Shown one piece after another: positions 9,855 to 17,098 of a stretch of 64,000 nt of DNA. The notes below the pieces were generated by a model that worked only from the letters and a program-made list of their open reading frames with translations, was not told the origin of the DNA and searched no databases. The position numbers and the translations under genes are program-made. Positions within the stretch are counted from its first letter, which is position 1. Each line of letters opens with the position of its first letter. The DNA comes from Patescibacteria group bacterium (GTDB taxonomy: Bacteria; Patescibacteriota; Patescibacteriia; Patescibacteriales; JBAZCA01): contig JBAZUL010000007.1 of the NCBI GenBank assembly GCA_041661405.1, forward strand, positions 10,222 to 74,221, read 5' to 3'.

Positions 9855-9880
9855 AAAAACGGCCCTAAAAGCCGTTTTTT
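9855..9880. terminator. bidirectional intrinsic terminator between convergent genes
   Basis: AAAAACGGC-CCTAAAA-GCCGTTTTTT: a stem flanked by an A-run and a T-run. Confidence 0.6.
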
Positions 9881-9911
9881 GTTCTTCATAAATTTCCCTT
9901 TCCTTTCGGCT

Positions 9912-10274
9912 TCAGCTAAAACATACCGTCAGCTCTTTATTTAGAGCCGAGGCGATTTTCTGCAGAGTGTCTATGGTTAAGTTTTGCTCTCCAGCTTCAA
10001 TCCTTCCGACGGCGCTTTGTTTTACGCCGATTCTCTTCGCCAGTTCAGCCTGGCTGATTTTTTTCTTTCTTCTTAAATCGGAGATAGCGAGCGAAACCTC
10101 CAGCTTCTTTTTTTCCAGTTCAACCATTCTGGCAAATTTTGGATTTTTCATCTTATCTTCTATAATCCGGCTAAAGTTTATTAGCGTAACCCCATGCACT
10201 TTTTCAAGATATTTTCGGAATACCTTGGCAGGGCAGGATTTACGGTTATTTTCTTTTTTAACTCTATTTCCCAT
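9912..10274 (-). CDS. XRE-family HTH protein, second HigA-like copy
   Basis: ISQAELAKRIGVKQSAVGRIEAGEQNLTIDTLQKIASAL. Paralogous to 10286..10609. The start is uncertain (ATG 10274, 10298 or 10325). Confidence 0.65.
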   Translation of the reverse strand: MGNRVKKENNRKSCPAKVFRKYLEKVHGVTLINFSRIIEDKMKNPKFARMVELEKKKLEVSLAISDLRRKKKISQAELAKRIGVKQSAVGRIEAGEQNLTIDTLQKIASALNKELTVCFS

Positions 10275-10285
10275 ACGTTTTATAG

Positions 10286-10609
10286 CTAGCAGGCGCATTT
10301 TTCTTTTTCGTGAATCGTTACGCAAAGTTTTCCGCCGAGAGCCGAAGCGATTTTATTTAAAAACGCCACGGTAAAATTTTCCCGTCCCGCTTCCAGCCGG
10401 GCGATATTGCTCTGCGTTGTCCCGATTTTTTTTGCCAGTTCCGATTGGCTCATGTTTCGAGCCTTTCTTAATTTAAGTATGGCGTAAGAGATTTCAAGCT
10501 GTTTGCCGTATTCGTCAAAATATTTTTTAAATTCCTTATCCTTAAGCCGTTCATTTAAATATTCCCGGAAGTCAGTCGCTTTGTATTTGCTTTTGATTTT
10601 TTTATTCAT
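10286..10609 (-). CDS. higA: HigA-like XRE-family antitoxin
   Basis: MSQSELAKKIGTTQSNIARLEAGRENFTVAFLNKIASAL. ATG 10609 overlaps the toxin stop (ATGAATAA). The track start 10618 is TTG. Confidence 0.7.
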   Translation of the reverse strand: MNKKIKSKYKATDFREYLNERLKDKEFKKYFDEYGKQLEISYAILKLRKARNMSQSELAKKIGTTQSNIARLEAGRENFTVAFLNKIASALGGKLCVTIHEKEKCAC

Positions 10610-10970
10610 ATATTTCAAGATTATTTATGGCGTCAAAATAATTGTTTTCAGCTCTTTTTATTTCTTCCGGCGGCGTTTTTTGAGTTTTCTTAAGAAAAGC
10701 ATGCAGTAAAATGATTTTTTTATTGATTAACGCGAAATAAAAAATCCTGTGTTTGTTGTTTGAAAAATCCACTCTAAGCTCTCTTATTTTTCCTTTAATA
10801 TGCTTTGAGTAGGGTTCATCGAGGTATCCTTCATTTTCCAGAAGCAGGTCGATAAATTTAAATATTTTTGCCTGATTTTTATTATTCTGCCTTTCAATGT
10901 ATTCCAGCGCAGGTTGTTTCCCGTTTCCGCTGTTAACGTAAAATCTAAGTTCGTAATTATTGTATATCAT
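10602..10970 (-). CDS. higB: HigB/Gp49-like (RelE superfamily) toxin
   Basis: KIRELRVDFSNNKHRIFYFALINKKIILLHAFLKKTQKTPPEEIKRA is the Gp49/DUF891 pattern. The gene lies upstream of its HTH partner (reverse TA order). Confidence 0.7.
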   Translation of the reverse strand: MIYNNYELRFYVNSGNGKQPALEYIERQNNKNQAKIFKFIDLLLENEGYLDEPYSKHIKGKIRELRVDFSNNKHRIFYFALINKKIILLHAFLKKTQKTPPEEIKRAENNYFDAINNLEIYE

Positions 10971-11089
10971 ATAAGATATATGACTGTCAAGGGTTAAACC
11001 CGGCCTTTTCCGCCCGAGGCGGAAAGGCTAGCTTTATCCGCGTTGCCCTCCTAACCAGAGGCGGGCAGGGTCGGCAGATATGAACTTAT

Positions 11090-11518
11090 CTATACCAATC
11101 TCCCGAGCTTGTCTTTAAAAATTTTCTCGGAAGTTTTAAAAAGACCTTTTACAAAATGCAGATATTCATCCGCCTGCTTTTCCGAAACGAGAGCCGCTCC
11201 GCCGTCGTAAAGCTCGGTATTACGGGTTTTTCTCATGCTGTTGCCGAAAATAAGAATATTTTTATCATCCAATATTTCCGAAGCTTTCTCAATAATTTTT
11301 ACATGATGACCCGTCCGGCTTGATACTTTATATCCGGACAGCGCTATTAGGCTGATTCCCAGTTTAATGAGAGCGTTATAGGAAAACTGGAATTTTACTT
11401 CAACAATCGCTGAACCGGAGGCAATTTTCAAATCTCTGTAAGCGGCCGCTAAAAATTTTTCCGTCTGGGGCTTATAATAATCAGCGCGTTTAAAATATTT
11501 GGGATCAAATTTAATCAT
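11090..11518 (-). CDS. HEPN-domain protein (partner of the MNT nucleotidyltransferase)
   Basis: 142 aa, helical. MRKTRNTELYDGG resembles the HEPN R-x-x-R-N-x-x-x-Y region. It has a 4-nt overlap with the upstream NTase gene. Confidence 0.5.
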   Translation of the reverse strand: MIKFDPKYFKRADYYKPQTEKFLAAAYRDLKIASGSAIVEVKFQFSYNALIKLGISLIALSGYKVSSRTGHHVKIIEKASEILDDKNILIFGNSMRKTRNTELYDGGAALVSEKQADEYLHFVKGLFKTSEKIFKDKLGRLV

Positions 11519-12054
11519 ATCAGGCGGATATGCTTATTAATAAGGATGTTTTTCAGCAGTTCGGCTTTTTTCTTTTTGCCGAATTCTTTTTCCGTCATAT
11601 CTATAATATTAATCTCGCGGCCGAATTTTTTTTGCAGTTCCGCTATTTCCGCTTGCGCGTCCAGCGATTTGTGAGAACCGACCAATAGTAAATCTATATC
11701 GCTTTCCGCGCTTAACCGGTCATTAGCGTAAGAGCCAAAAATAACGGCCATGTTAAGGCCTTTGATTTTCTTAAGTTTTTCTTTTAAGAGGTTTTCCAGC
11801 CCATAGCTTTTTTGGAATATTTTTTTAAGTTCGGCTAAAAAGGGGTAGCCCCGGTTGATTTTATAGAGGCTCAGGTTGCCTTTTTTATTTTTTACGATTA
11901 TTCCTTCCTTTTCCAGTTCCGCCAGTTTTCTCGCCAAGTTTCCCCGATCCAGGCCGAATTTTCTTGACATCTCGTTAAGATACAGTTCTTCGCGCGGATT
12001 TAAGAGGAGGTAGCCTAAAACTTCTTTTGTTATTTTTGATTTAAAATTGAGCAT
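11515..12054 (-). CDS. winged-HTH fused minimal nucleotidyltransferase (MNT)
   Basis: N-terminal wHTH (LYLNEMSRKFGLDRGNLARKLAELEKEGII) plus an NTase motif VIFGSYANDRLSAESDIDLLLVG. Confidence 0.75.
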   Translation of the reverse strand: MLNFKSKITKEVLGYLLLNPREELYLNEMSRKFGLDRGNLARKLAELEKEGIIVKNKKGNLSLYKINRGYPFLAELKKIFQKSYGLENLLKEKLKKIKGLNMAVIFGSYANDRLSAESDIDLLLVGSHKSLDAQAEIAELQKKFGREINIIDMTEKEFGKKKKAELLKNILINKHIRLI

Positions 12055-12058
12055 AATT

Positions 12059-12112
12059 ATTAGTGTATATTATTACACTAATTAGTGTATATTATTACAC
12101 TAACCTTGTCAA
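12059..12112 (-). promoter_or_regulatory. promoter with a tandem palindromic operator for the MNT/HEPN operon
   Basis: Two exact 22-bp units ATTAGTGTATATTATTACACTA lie at 12059-12080 and 12081-12102. Each contains TAGTGTA-N6-TACACTA. On the minus strand this reads TTGACA (12112-12107), N17, TACACT (12089-12084). The repeats cover the spacer, the -10 box and the leader up to the ATG. Confidence 0.7.
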
Positions 12113-12176
12113 GCGCTCGCATTAACCCCATATTGTCATAACAATTACGTTATGCGTTGCGCGTTATAGGAGTCAA

Positions 12177-12677
12177 TCACTTCGCCCCCAAAACATTCGT
12201 CAAAACGAACGTTATAAGCGCGTAGGCGGTAAAAATAATAACCAGCCCGAGAGCGGCCCAGATCATAGTGTCCCGCCCTTTCTTCACCTTATCCGCGTTG
12301 CCCATGGCGGTCATCCACATAAATCCGCCGAAGATAAACATGGCGAGGGCGAGAGAACCGACGAGCCCGAGAGCGGCCGAGATAACTTTGCCGATCAAAA
12401 CCTGCGGCGTCCCCGCGTCCGGCAGGGGGTTGTCCAGGGTGACGGGGGCGCCGGAGGTGCCTTGATAAGGTTGTCCTTGACTAGCGCCACAATATGAATA
12501 ACCTGTGTAAGGACTTGGACAGGGTTGACTACACGTGCCGTTTGGATCTGTTCCTACCCAGGTCGGCGTTTTTCCATCGCTGGCCATACAATAGCATTCA
12601 CAACCTGCCGCGAAAGCGAAGTTTGAAAATAGTGCTAGAAAAAAAATAATAATTAGAAAAGATGCAATTTTTCTCAT
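12177..12677 (-). CDS. TrbC/VirB2-like (T4SS-pilin-like) membrane protein with a Cys-rich N-terminal ectodomain
   Basis: Signal peptide, then 6 Cys in CECYCMASDGKTPTWVGTDPNGTCSQPCPSPYTGYSYC. The paralogous core is FGGFMWMTAMGNADKVKKGRDTMIWAALGLVIIFTAYALITFVL. Confidence 0.5.
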   Translation of the reverse strand: MRKIASFLIIIFFLALFSNFAFAAGCECYCMASDGKTPTWVGTDPNGTCSQPCPSPYTGYSYCGASQGQPYQGTSGAPVTLDNPLPDAGTPQVLIGKVISAALGLVGSLALAMFIFGGFMWMTAMGNADKVKKGRDTMIWAALGLVIIFTAYALITFVLTNVLGAK

Positions 12678-12730
12678 AAAATAGATATTAATTATAAGTT
12701 CTCTGCAGTCATTTTAGCACAACCAAAGCA

Positions 12731-12776
12731 AAGAAAAAAGGGCGCTGCACGTTCGTGAGAACTGCGTTGCGCCCTT
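12731..12776 (-). terminator. possible intrinsic terminator after the orphan operon
   Basis: On the minus strand: GGGCGC ... GCGCCC stem with a 23-nt loop, followed by TTTTTTC. The large loop makes this weak. Confidence 0.35.
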
Positions 12777-12798
12777 TCTAGTTAACCTTCTCCGGGGG

Positions 12799-14367
12799 TT
12801 AACTTTTGTAAACCTCTATGACAATTTCCAGGTCCATATGCAGGGCCTCAATCTGGAATTCGCCTAGAGGCTTGATGTCCTTCATTCCCTTGTGGGTTAC
12901 CACAAAAGGCTTCCGGCCATCTTTGGGAAAGAACTTCATATCCAACATGTCCACCCGGACAATGGAACCGTCCGGGGTTTTCGCGTAGACATTGAATCGG
13001 CAGTCTCCGCGAATTGAACGAACCGGGGTTTTTTCACCTTCCCGTGTGATATACGGGTGTATCCCCGGTCCGAGTGTTGTTGAGGTGGGGCCACCGCCTC
13101 CGCTTTTATTCCCCCAGCCGGAAAAGGGAAAGGATAACCATTTTTTCGTCTGGTCATCCATCCTTTCCTCGCCTAAAGATTTTATTCTTTCGGCTTGGGG
13201 GATCGATCGGTCGGACTGAACCCCGTCTTTCAAGGCGGTGACTTTCGCCCGTTGAGCTTTGATCCAGACGTACGGGCGGGCGGAGTCGCCTTCGGCTACG
13301 GTCGCCCAGTAGGCTTTGTCAGCGGCCTTTTGGGCAATGACCCAGGTTTTGGGATCGGTCGGATCTCCGGCCGCGACCTTTGTCCAGTAAATCTGATCCT
13401 TGGCTTCTTGGGCCAAGATCCAGATTTCTCCGGACGGGTTGGCGGGCGACCAGCGATCAATCTCATCCCAGTAAACCCGGTCAGCCTCGGAGACAGTGTC
13501 CTTGGCGTTGGCCTCGCGCTCCATCCTCTCCAGTACTCGGGCTTCGGACGTAGCTTCCCGGGTCAGCTCAAATGTGTAAATCGTGAGTTGGCCGGTGCCT
13601 TGAAGCCAAAGGGTTTGGATTAGGAAGTACCAGATGAAAATTGAGATAGGTACCTGAATCCAAGCCCCCCATTTATGCCAGAATGGAGTTTTGGGGTCGC
13701 TGAGACCAAAAGCATACCAGACTGCCAGCCCGTGAGCTACCAGGAATACGCACGCCGTGTAGGCCGTGCCTCTAATGTCCTGGTAATAATCCCACCCACG
13801 GGATAATGCTATATATAAACCGGCGACATGGTTAATCAAGAGCCAGACGGGAACGCCGGTGATATTTTTCCCATCTTTGTACCACCAGTCCGGGGCTTTT
13901 TTCAGAACGACCGTCGTACCGATTAAGGTACAGAGAACGATTGTCCAGCCCCAAATGTCCGAGCTTGAGGAAGTGATGCCGATGGCGTCAATTGTCAGAA
14001 ATATGCCGCAGAAAATAGCGGCACAGATGACAACATTCTCCATCAGCTTGCTTTTAGCTCGGTCGGCTATCCAATATAGAGCGACGGATAAAATCGTAAT
14101 AATAATCCAGTTGCAGATTATTGATACGATTGCGCCGCCCAATGGGTGCCAACTCATTGCGACAAACTTCACCCGGATAACCCAGTAAGACAGGTAAGGT
14201 CCGGCATAAAGCGTCGCAACTACAGTTAGGCTGATAGTTACGATTCCTAACAGCAGAATACCTAATCCTCTCCAGAAACCATTTTCTTTTATGGTATTCT
14301 TGGTCAAGCCGGAAAGGAACCAGGCAACTCCTGCGCATATACAGACTGCCGTCAGCATTGCTTGCAT
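12799..14367 (-). CDS. orphan polytopic membrane protein with 3 tandem ~26-aa repeats and a beta-rich C-terminal domain
   Basis: 522 aa with about 10 TM helices. The repeats have consensus xDxxYWxxVAxGDxxxPxxW[IV]xAQxA. SD GAGGAGG lies 7 nt upstream of ATG 14367. No family recognised. Confidence 0.7.
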   Translation of the reverse strand: MQAMLTAVCICAGVAWFLSGLTKNTIKENGFWRGLGILLLGIVTISLTVVATLYAGPYLSYWVIRVKFVAMSWHPLGGAIVSIICNWIIITILSVALYWIADRAKSKLMENVVICAAIFCGIFLTIDAIGITSSSSDIWGWTIVLCTLIGTTVVLKKAPDWWYKDGKNITGVPVWLLINHVAGLYIALSRGWDYYQDIRGTAYTACVFLVAHGLAVWYAFGLSDPKTPFWHKWGAWIQVPISIFIWYFLIQTLWLQGTGQLTIYTFELTREATSEARVLERMEREANAKDTVSEADRVYWDEIDRWSPANPSGEIWILAQEAKDQIYWTKVAAGDPTDPKTWVIAQKAADKAYWATVAEGDSARPYVWIKAQRAKVTALKDGVQSDRSIPQAERIKSLGEERMDDQTKKWLSFPFSGWGNKSGGGGPTSTTLGPGIHPYITREGEKTPVRSIRGDCRFNVYAKTPDGSIVRVDMLDMKFFPKDGRKPFVVTHKGMKDIKPLGEFQIEALHMDLEIVIEVYKS

Positions 14368-14388
14368 ATCATTCCTCCTCGTAAAACG

Positions 14389-15507
14389 TCAGGGTTTTTT
14401 GTTTTTGCCGAGCGGATCCTTGCGGAACCACTCCTTCTCTTCCTGCTTAAGGAAGTTCCAGAGCGTTCCCGCCGCTTCTTTCCCGCCGTCCTTGATTGTT
14501 TCCATTGCCTGATGGGCACCGACAGGAACGGAGATTTCGGTGATTATCACCTCGATCTTACCGTCCTGCGCTAACTTAAGACGGTGCTGGCCTCTCATAA
14601 CCGGGGTGTAGAATATCGTCCCCGGTTTGATTTGGCCGTCTTCCGGATAGTTAGTCATCCCGACGATCGGGATGCTAAGGTCTCCGGTAAACGGAGCCAT
14701 CGCCTTGGTCACCTTGAGGGTGGCTTTGGCAAAGGGCATTACCCCTGTCCACGGAACAGGTAAGGGGCTTGGGGGCTCTTGGAGCAAATAGATAAATGTC
14801 CAATCCCCGTCAATCTTGCGATCGACGGTGATGGCCTGAGCTTCCCAATAGCCGCGGTTCCAGTCCTCAAGATATTTTTCCGCCGCGCTGTACTGCGACG
14901 GATCCCAGAGATCCCAGTTGAACAAATTTTGCCATGAAGGGATGGGAGCTGGACTCCCACCTGATCCAGGAGTGCCGGGCGTAGGTGTAGTTCCGCCACT
15001 TCCAGGTGTGGATCCTCCGGGAGCTGAAGGAGTCGTTCCGCCTGGGGTTGTTCCACTTCCAGGCGTTCCTGCGGCCGGGTTGCCTCCGAGCCAAGGCGGC
15101 ATATTGTCACCCCACCAGCCTTTAATTGTAAAAGGCACGGGTGCCGGATTTCCGCCAAGGGCAACTGGCATATTTTCCTGCCACCAGCTCTTGACCGTCC
15201 CGGTTCTCGAGGTTGGTGATAAAGAAGAAGTGAGTACCAGCGCAACTACCAAAAAAACAATTGCGCATGCGCCGATGAATCTTCTTCTATCTGCCATCAA
15301 CCAGGCTATCCCGGTTGGAATTCTGCGGACGAGAGCCGTGGCGCCTGTGAATAGCCCGCGAATGGCGCCCATAATTAGCGCGCCTCCGAACCACCAAACT
15401 GCCACACCGATTAGGGCGAGACAGGCAAGGGTTAATAATGGATGTGACCAAAGTGACGAAAAAAATCCCCAGCCGATATTAAATAAACCGCTAATGACAC
15501 TCCACAT
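14389..15507 (-). CDS. orphan membrane protein with a Gly/Thr/Pro-rich linker
   Basis: N-terminal TM helices. Two 23-aa repeats (WWQENMPVALGGNPAP / WWGDNMPPWLGGNPAA) and a ~50-aa GTP-rich linker. ATG 15507 is preceded by GGGAGAG. An alternative GTG 15525 overlaps the upstream stop (GTGA). Confidence 0.65.
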   Translation of the reverse strand: MWSVISGLFNIGWGFFSSLWSHPLLTLACLALIGVAVWWFGGALIMGAIRGLFTGATALVRRIPTGIAWLMADRRRFIGACAIVFLVVALVLTSSLSPTSRTGTVKSWWQENMPVALGGNPAPVPFTIKGWWGDNMPPWLGGNPAAGTPGSGTTPGGTTPSAPGGSTPGSGGTTPTPGTPGSGGSPAPIPSWQNLFNWDLWDPSQYSAAEKYLEDWNRGYWEAQAITVDRKIDGDWTFIYLLQEPPSPLPVPWTGVMPFAKATLKVTKAMAPFTGDLSIPIVGMTNYPEDGQIKPGTIFYTPVMRGQHRLKLAQDGKIEVIITEISVPVGAHQAMETIKDGGKEAAGTLWNFLKQEEKEWFRKDPLGKNKKP

Positions 15508-15521
15508 GTCTCTCTCCCTTT

Positions 15522-16487
15522 TCACTTCGTTGGGGTGATTTTGCGTTTTCCAGCCTCAAAGAGGTGATCTATCGTCTCAATAATCGCCTCATAGAGGAAA
15601 TATCTGCCGGTTGTGAGGCCAGTGGTTCCTTTGGTCTTGGCCTCTTCTCGGATCTTCTTTATCTTTCCGGCCAGCTCGCCGGGACCGGCAACAATCAGAA
15701 TCAAAATGATTGTCATGAACCACTTTATAATATCCAGTAAGTGATTACCGGTGGCGAGCGCCCGTTCTGCCTCGGCCAGCCCATGTTTTATTAGACCGTT
15801 GTCTACGAGTCCGGCTACAGCCCTAACCATTGCAGCATGGTCAACACCGGCCAGATACAGGACAACGAGTCCCACGTTTATTAGGATCATGTAAAAACAT
15901 ATGTCCAACATAATCCATGGGTAGGTGTCTTTTTTCTTCACTTCCTCATAAACGTAGGTCGGCGGGCCAAGAGAAAAAAACAAATTAGCCGCTATAAACA
16001 GCGGGGCTCGGGCCAAACTCTCCGATACGAGAGAGAAAATAAAGGCGACAAAGCCTACCATTAGGCCTTTTCGCTTATCTATCTTCCCGCTCCAGGTGGA
16101 GAAGAAGCCCACGATCGCCCCGTAAATCAGCGACACCCCCACATCCCCGAGGACGTGGGTTAGGAAAAGGACGACGAGGGACAAAAAATACATCAGAAAA
16201 AGGAGACCTCCTTTTTCCTTCAGTATGTCCCTTACGCCCTTTACCCGGTCATAGAGCTGATTTCCTTTTACGTCTTTAGCCAGCATCTGCTGGCCAGATT
16301 TCAGCTCTTTGACCCGCTCTTTTTTCTCTCCTCTCCAGAGGGTTATTGCCTTTGTCCGGTACCCGGGCTTGGGCGGGGCGACTGTGTTGTCGTCGTTCCA
16401 GCCGTGGTAAAGAGCCCATAGCCCCCACATAGCCAGACCGAAAACCGGGCCAACGACCACAATGACGAACAAAAAAATGCTTAACAT
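15522..16487 (-). CDS. orphan polytopic membrane protein
   Basis: 321 aa. One N-terminal TM, a basic loop, about 6 further TM helices and a charged C-terminal tail. SD AAAGGA precedes ATG 16487. No family recognised. Confidence 0.65.
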   Translation of the reverse strand: MLSIFLFVIVVVGPVFGLAMWGLWALYHGWNDDNTVAPPKPGYRTKAITLWRGEKKERVKELKSGQQMLAKDVKGNQLYDRVKGVRDILKEKGGLLFLMYFLSLVVLFLTHVLGDVGVSLIYGAIVGFFSTWSGKIDKRKGLMVGFVAFIFSLVSESLARAPLFIAANLFFSLGPPTYVYEEVKKKDTYPWIMLDICFYMILINVGLVVLYLAGVDHAAMVRAVAGLVDNGLIKHGLAEAERALATGNHLLDIIKWFMTIILILIVAGPGELAGKIKKIREEAKTKGTTGLTTGRYFLYEAIIETIDHLFEAGKRKITPTK

Positions 16488-16852
16488 GATAAATCCTTTC
16501 TGTCCCTTATGGGACTGAAGAAAACCTAAACTATATTCTAAATTTTACCCGCCAAAGAGACGATCCCTTCAGCGACTTAACTAATTTAACTGTCTGAACC
16601 ACTGATTAATACTGAATCCACTTGATTTCACTGAAAAAAATCAGTGCAATCTGCCTGCCGGCAGGCAGGTCGGGATAATCAGTGAAAATCAGTGGCTCAG
16701 ACGATGTTTATTCAATTGTCAAAGAACCTCGTTTGTAGTGTTGGACTAAAAAAACCAAAACCGTCTTCTTGACCGGCTACTGGAGCCGGCATCCCGATTG
16801 CTCGGGATAAAGATGATTTTTTGCTAATTTCAGCCCTTAAATCAAAGAACTA

Positions 16853-16897
16853 CCCCGCGCCTACAGGCACGGGATGATTTGCTCACACGCAAATCAT
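16853..16897. repeat. dispersed double-hairpin repeat, copy A
   Basis: CCCCGCGCC-TACA-GGCACGGGA, then TGATTTGC-TCACAC-GCAAATCA. Homologous to 30904-30949 and 62200-62245. Confidence 0.7.
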
Positions 16898-16961
16898 TTG
16901 ACGGCCTGCGCTCTTTATGGTGCATTTTCAGCCGACTGATAACTATAGCATAAATTCAAAA

Positions 16962-16989
16962 ACTCGTCAATATGATGACGAGTTTTTTT
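16962..16989 (+). terminator. orphan intrinsic terminator (also usable on the minus strand)
   Basis: ACTCGTCA-ATATGA-TGACGAGT followed by T6 (8-bp perfect stem). No annotated plus-strand gene lies upstream. Confidence 0.6.
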
Positions 16990-17098
16990 GGCTTAGATTG
17001 AATGTTTTTTTATTTTAAAAACTAATTCATCAATTTGTCGTATCGGCGTCAAGGCGGTTTTATTTGCTTTAATATTGGTTTTTTATTACCATTAATCC

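Noticed and set aside
12059-12102. Exact tandem 22-bp repeats considered as a mini CRISPR array
   Set aside because: There are only two units, directly abutting with no spacers. They are internally palindromic and overlap a promoter, so this is an operator. No CRISPR-like array was seen anywhere in the window.
14739-15538. Pro/Gly-rich plus-strand ORF 14918..15538 and the alternate-frame minus-strand ORFs 14739..15245 and 14867..15094
   Set aside because: They shadow the Gly/Thr/Pro-linker region of the minus-strand gene 14389..15507. They have no Shine-Dalgarno sequence, and their low-complexity products are typical of overlapping frames in GC-rich repeats.
12799-16487. Calling the orphan operon horizontally acquired on the basis of GC content
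   Set aside because: I only spot-counted a few 60-nt lines (about 50% versus about 43%). That is too little to support a compositional claim, so it is kept as a hint to be computed rather than a finding.
16488-17098. Replication origin (oriC) or oriT in the 0.6-kb non-coding region
   Set aside because: I found no TTATCCACA-type DnaA boxes. The nearest match is GAATCCACT at 6/9. There is no dnaA or dnaN, no relaxase, and no obvious AT-rich unwinding element. The repeated heptamer is CACTGAT.
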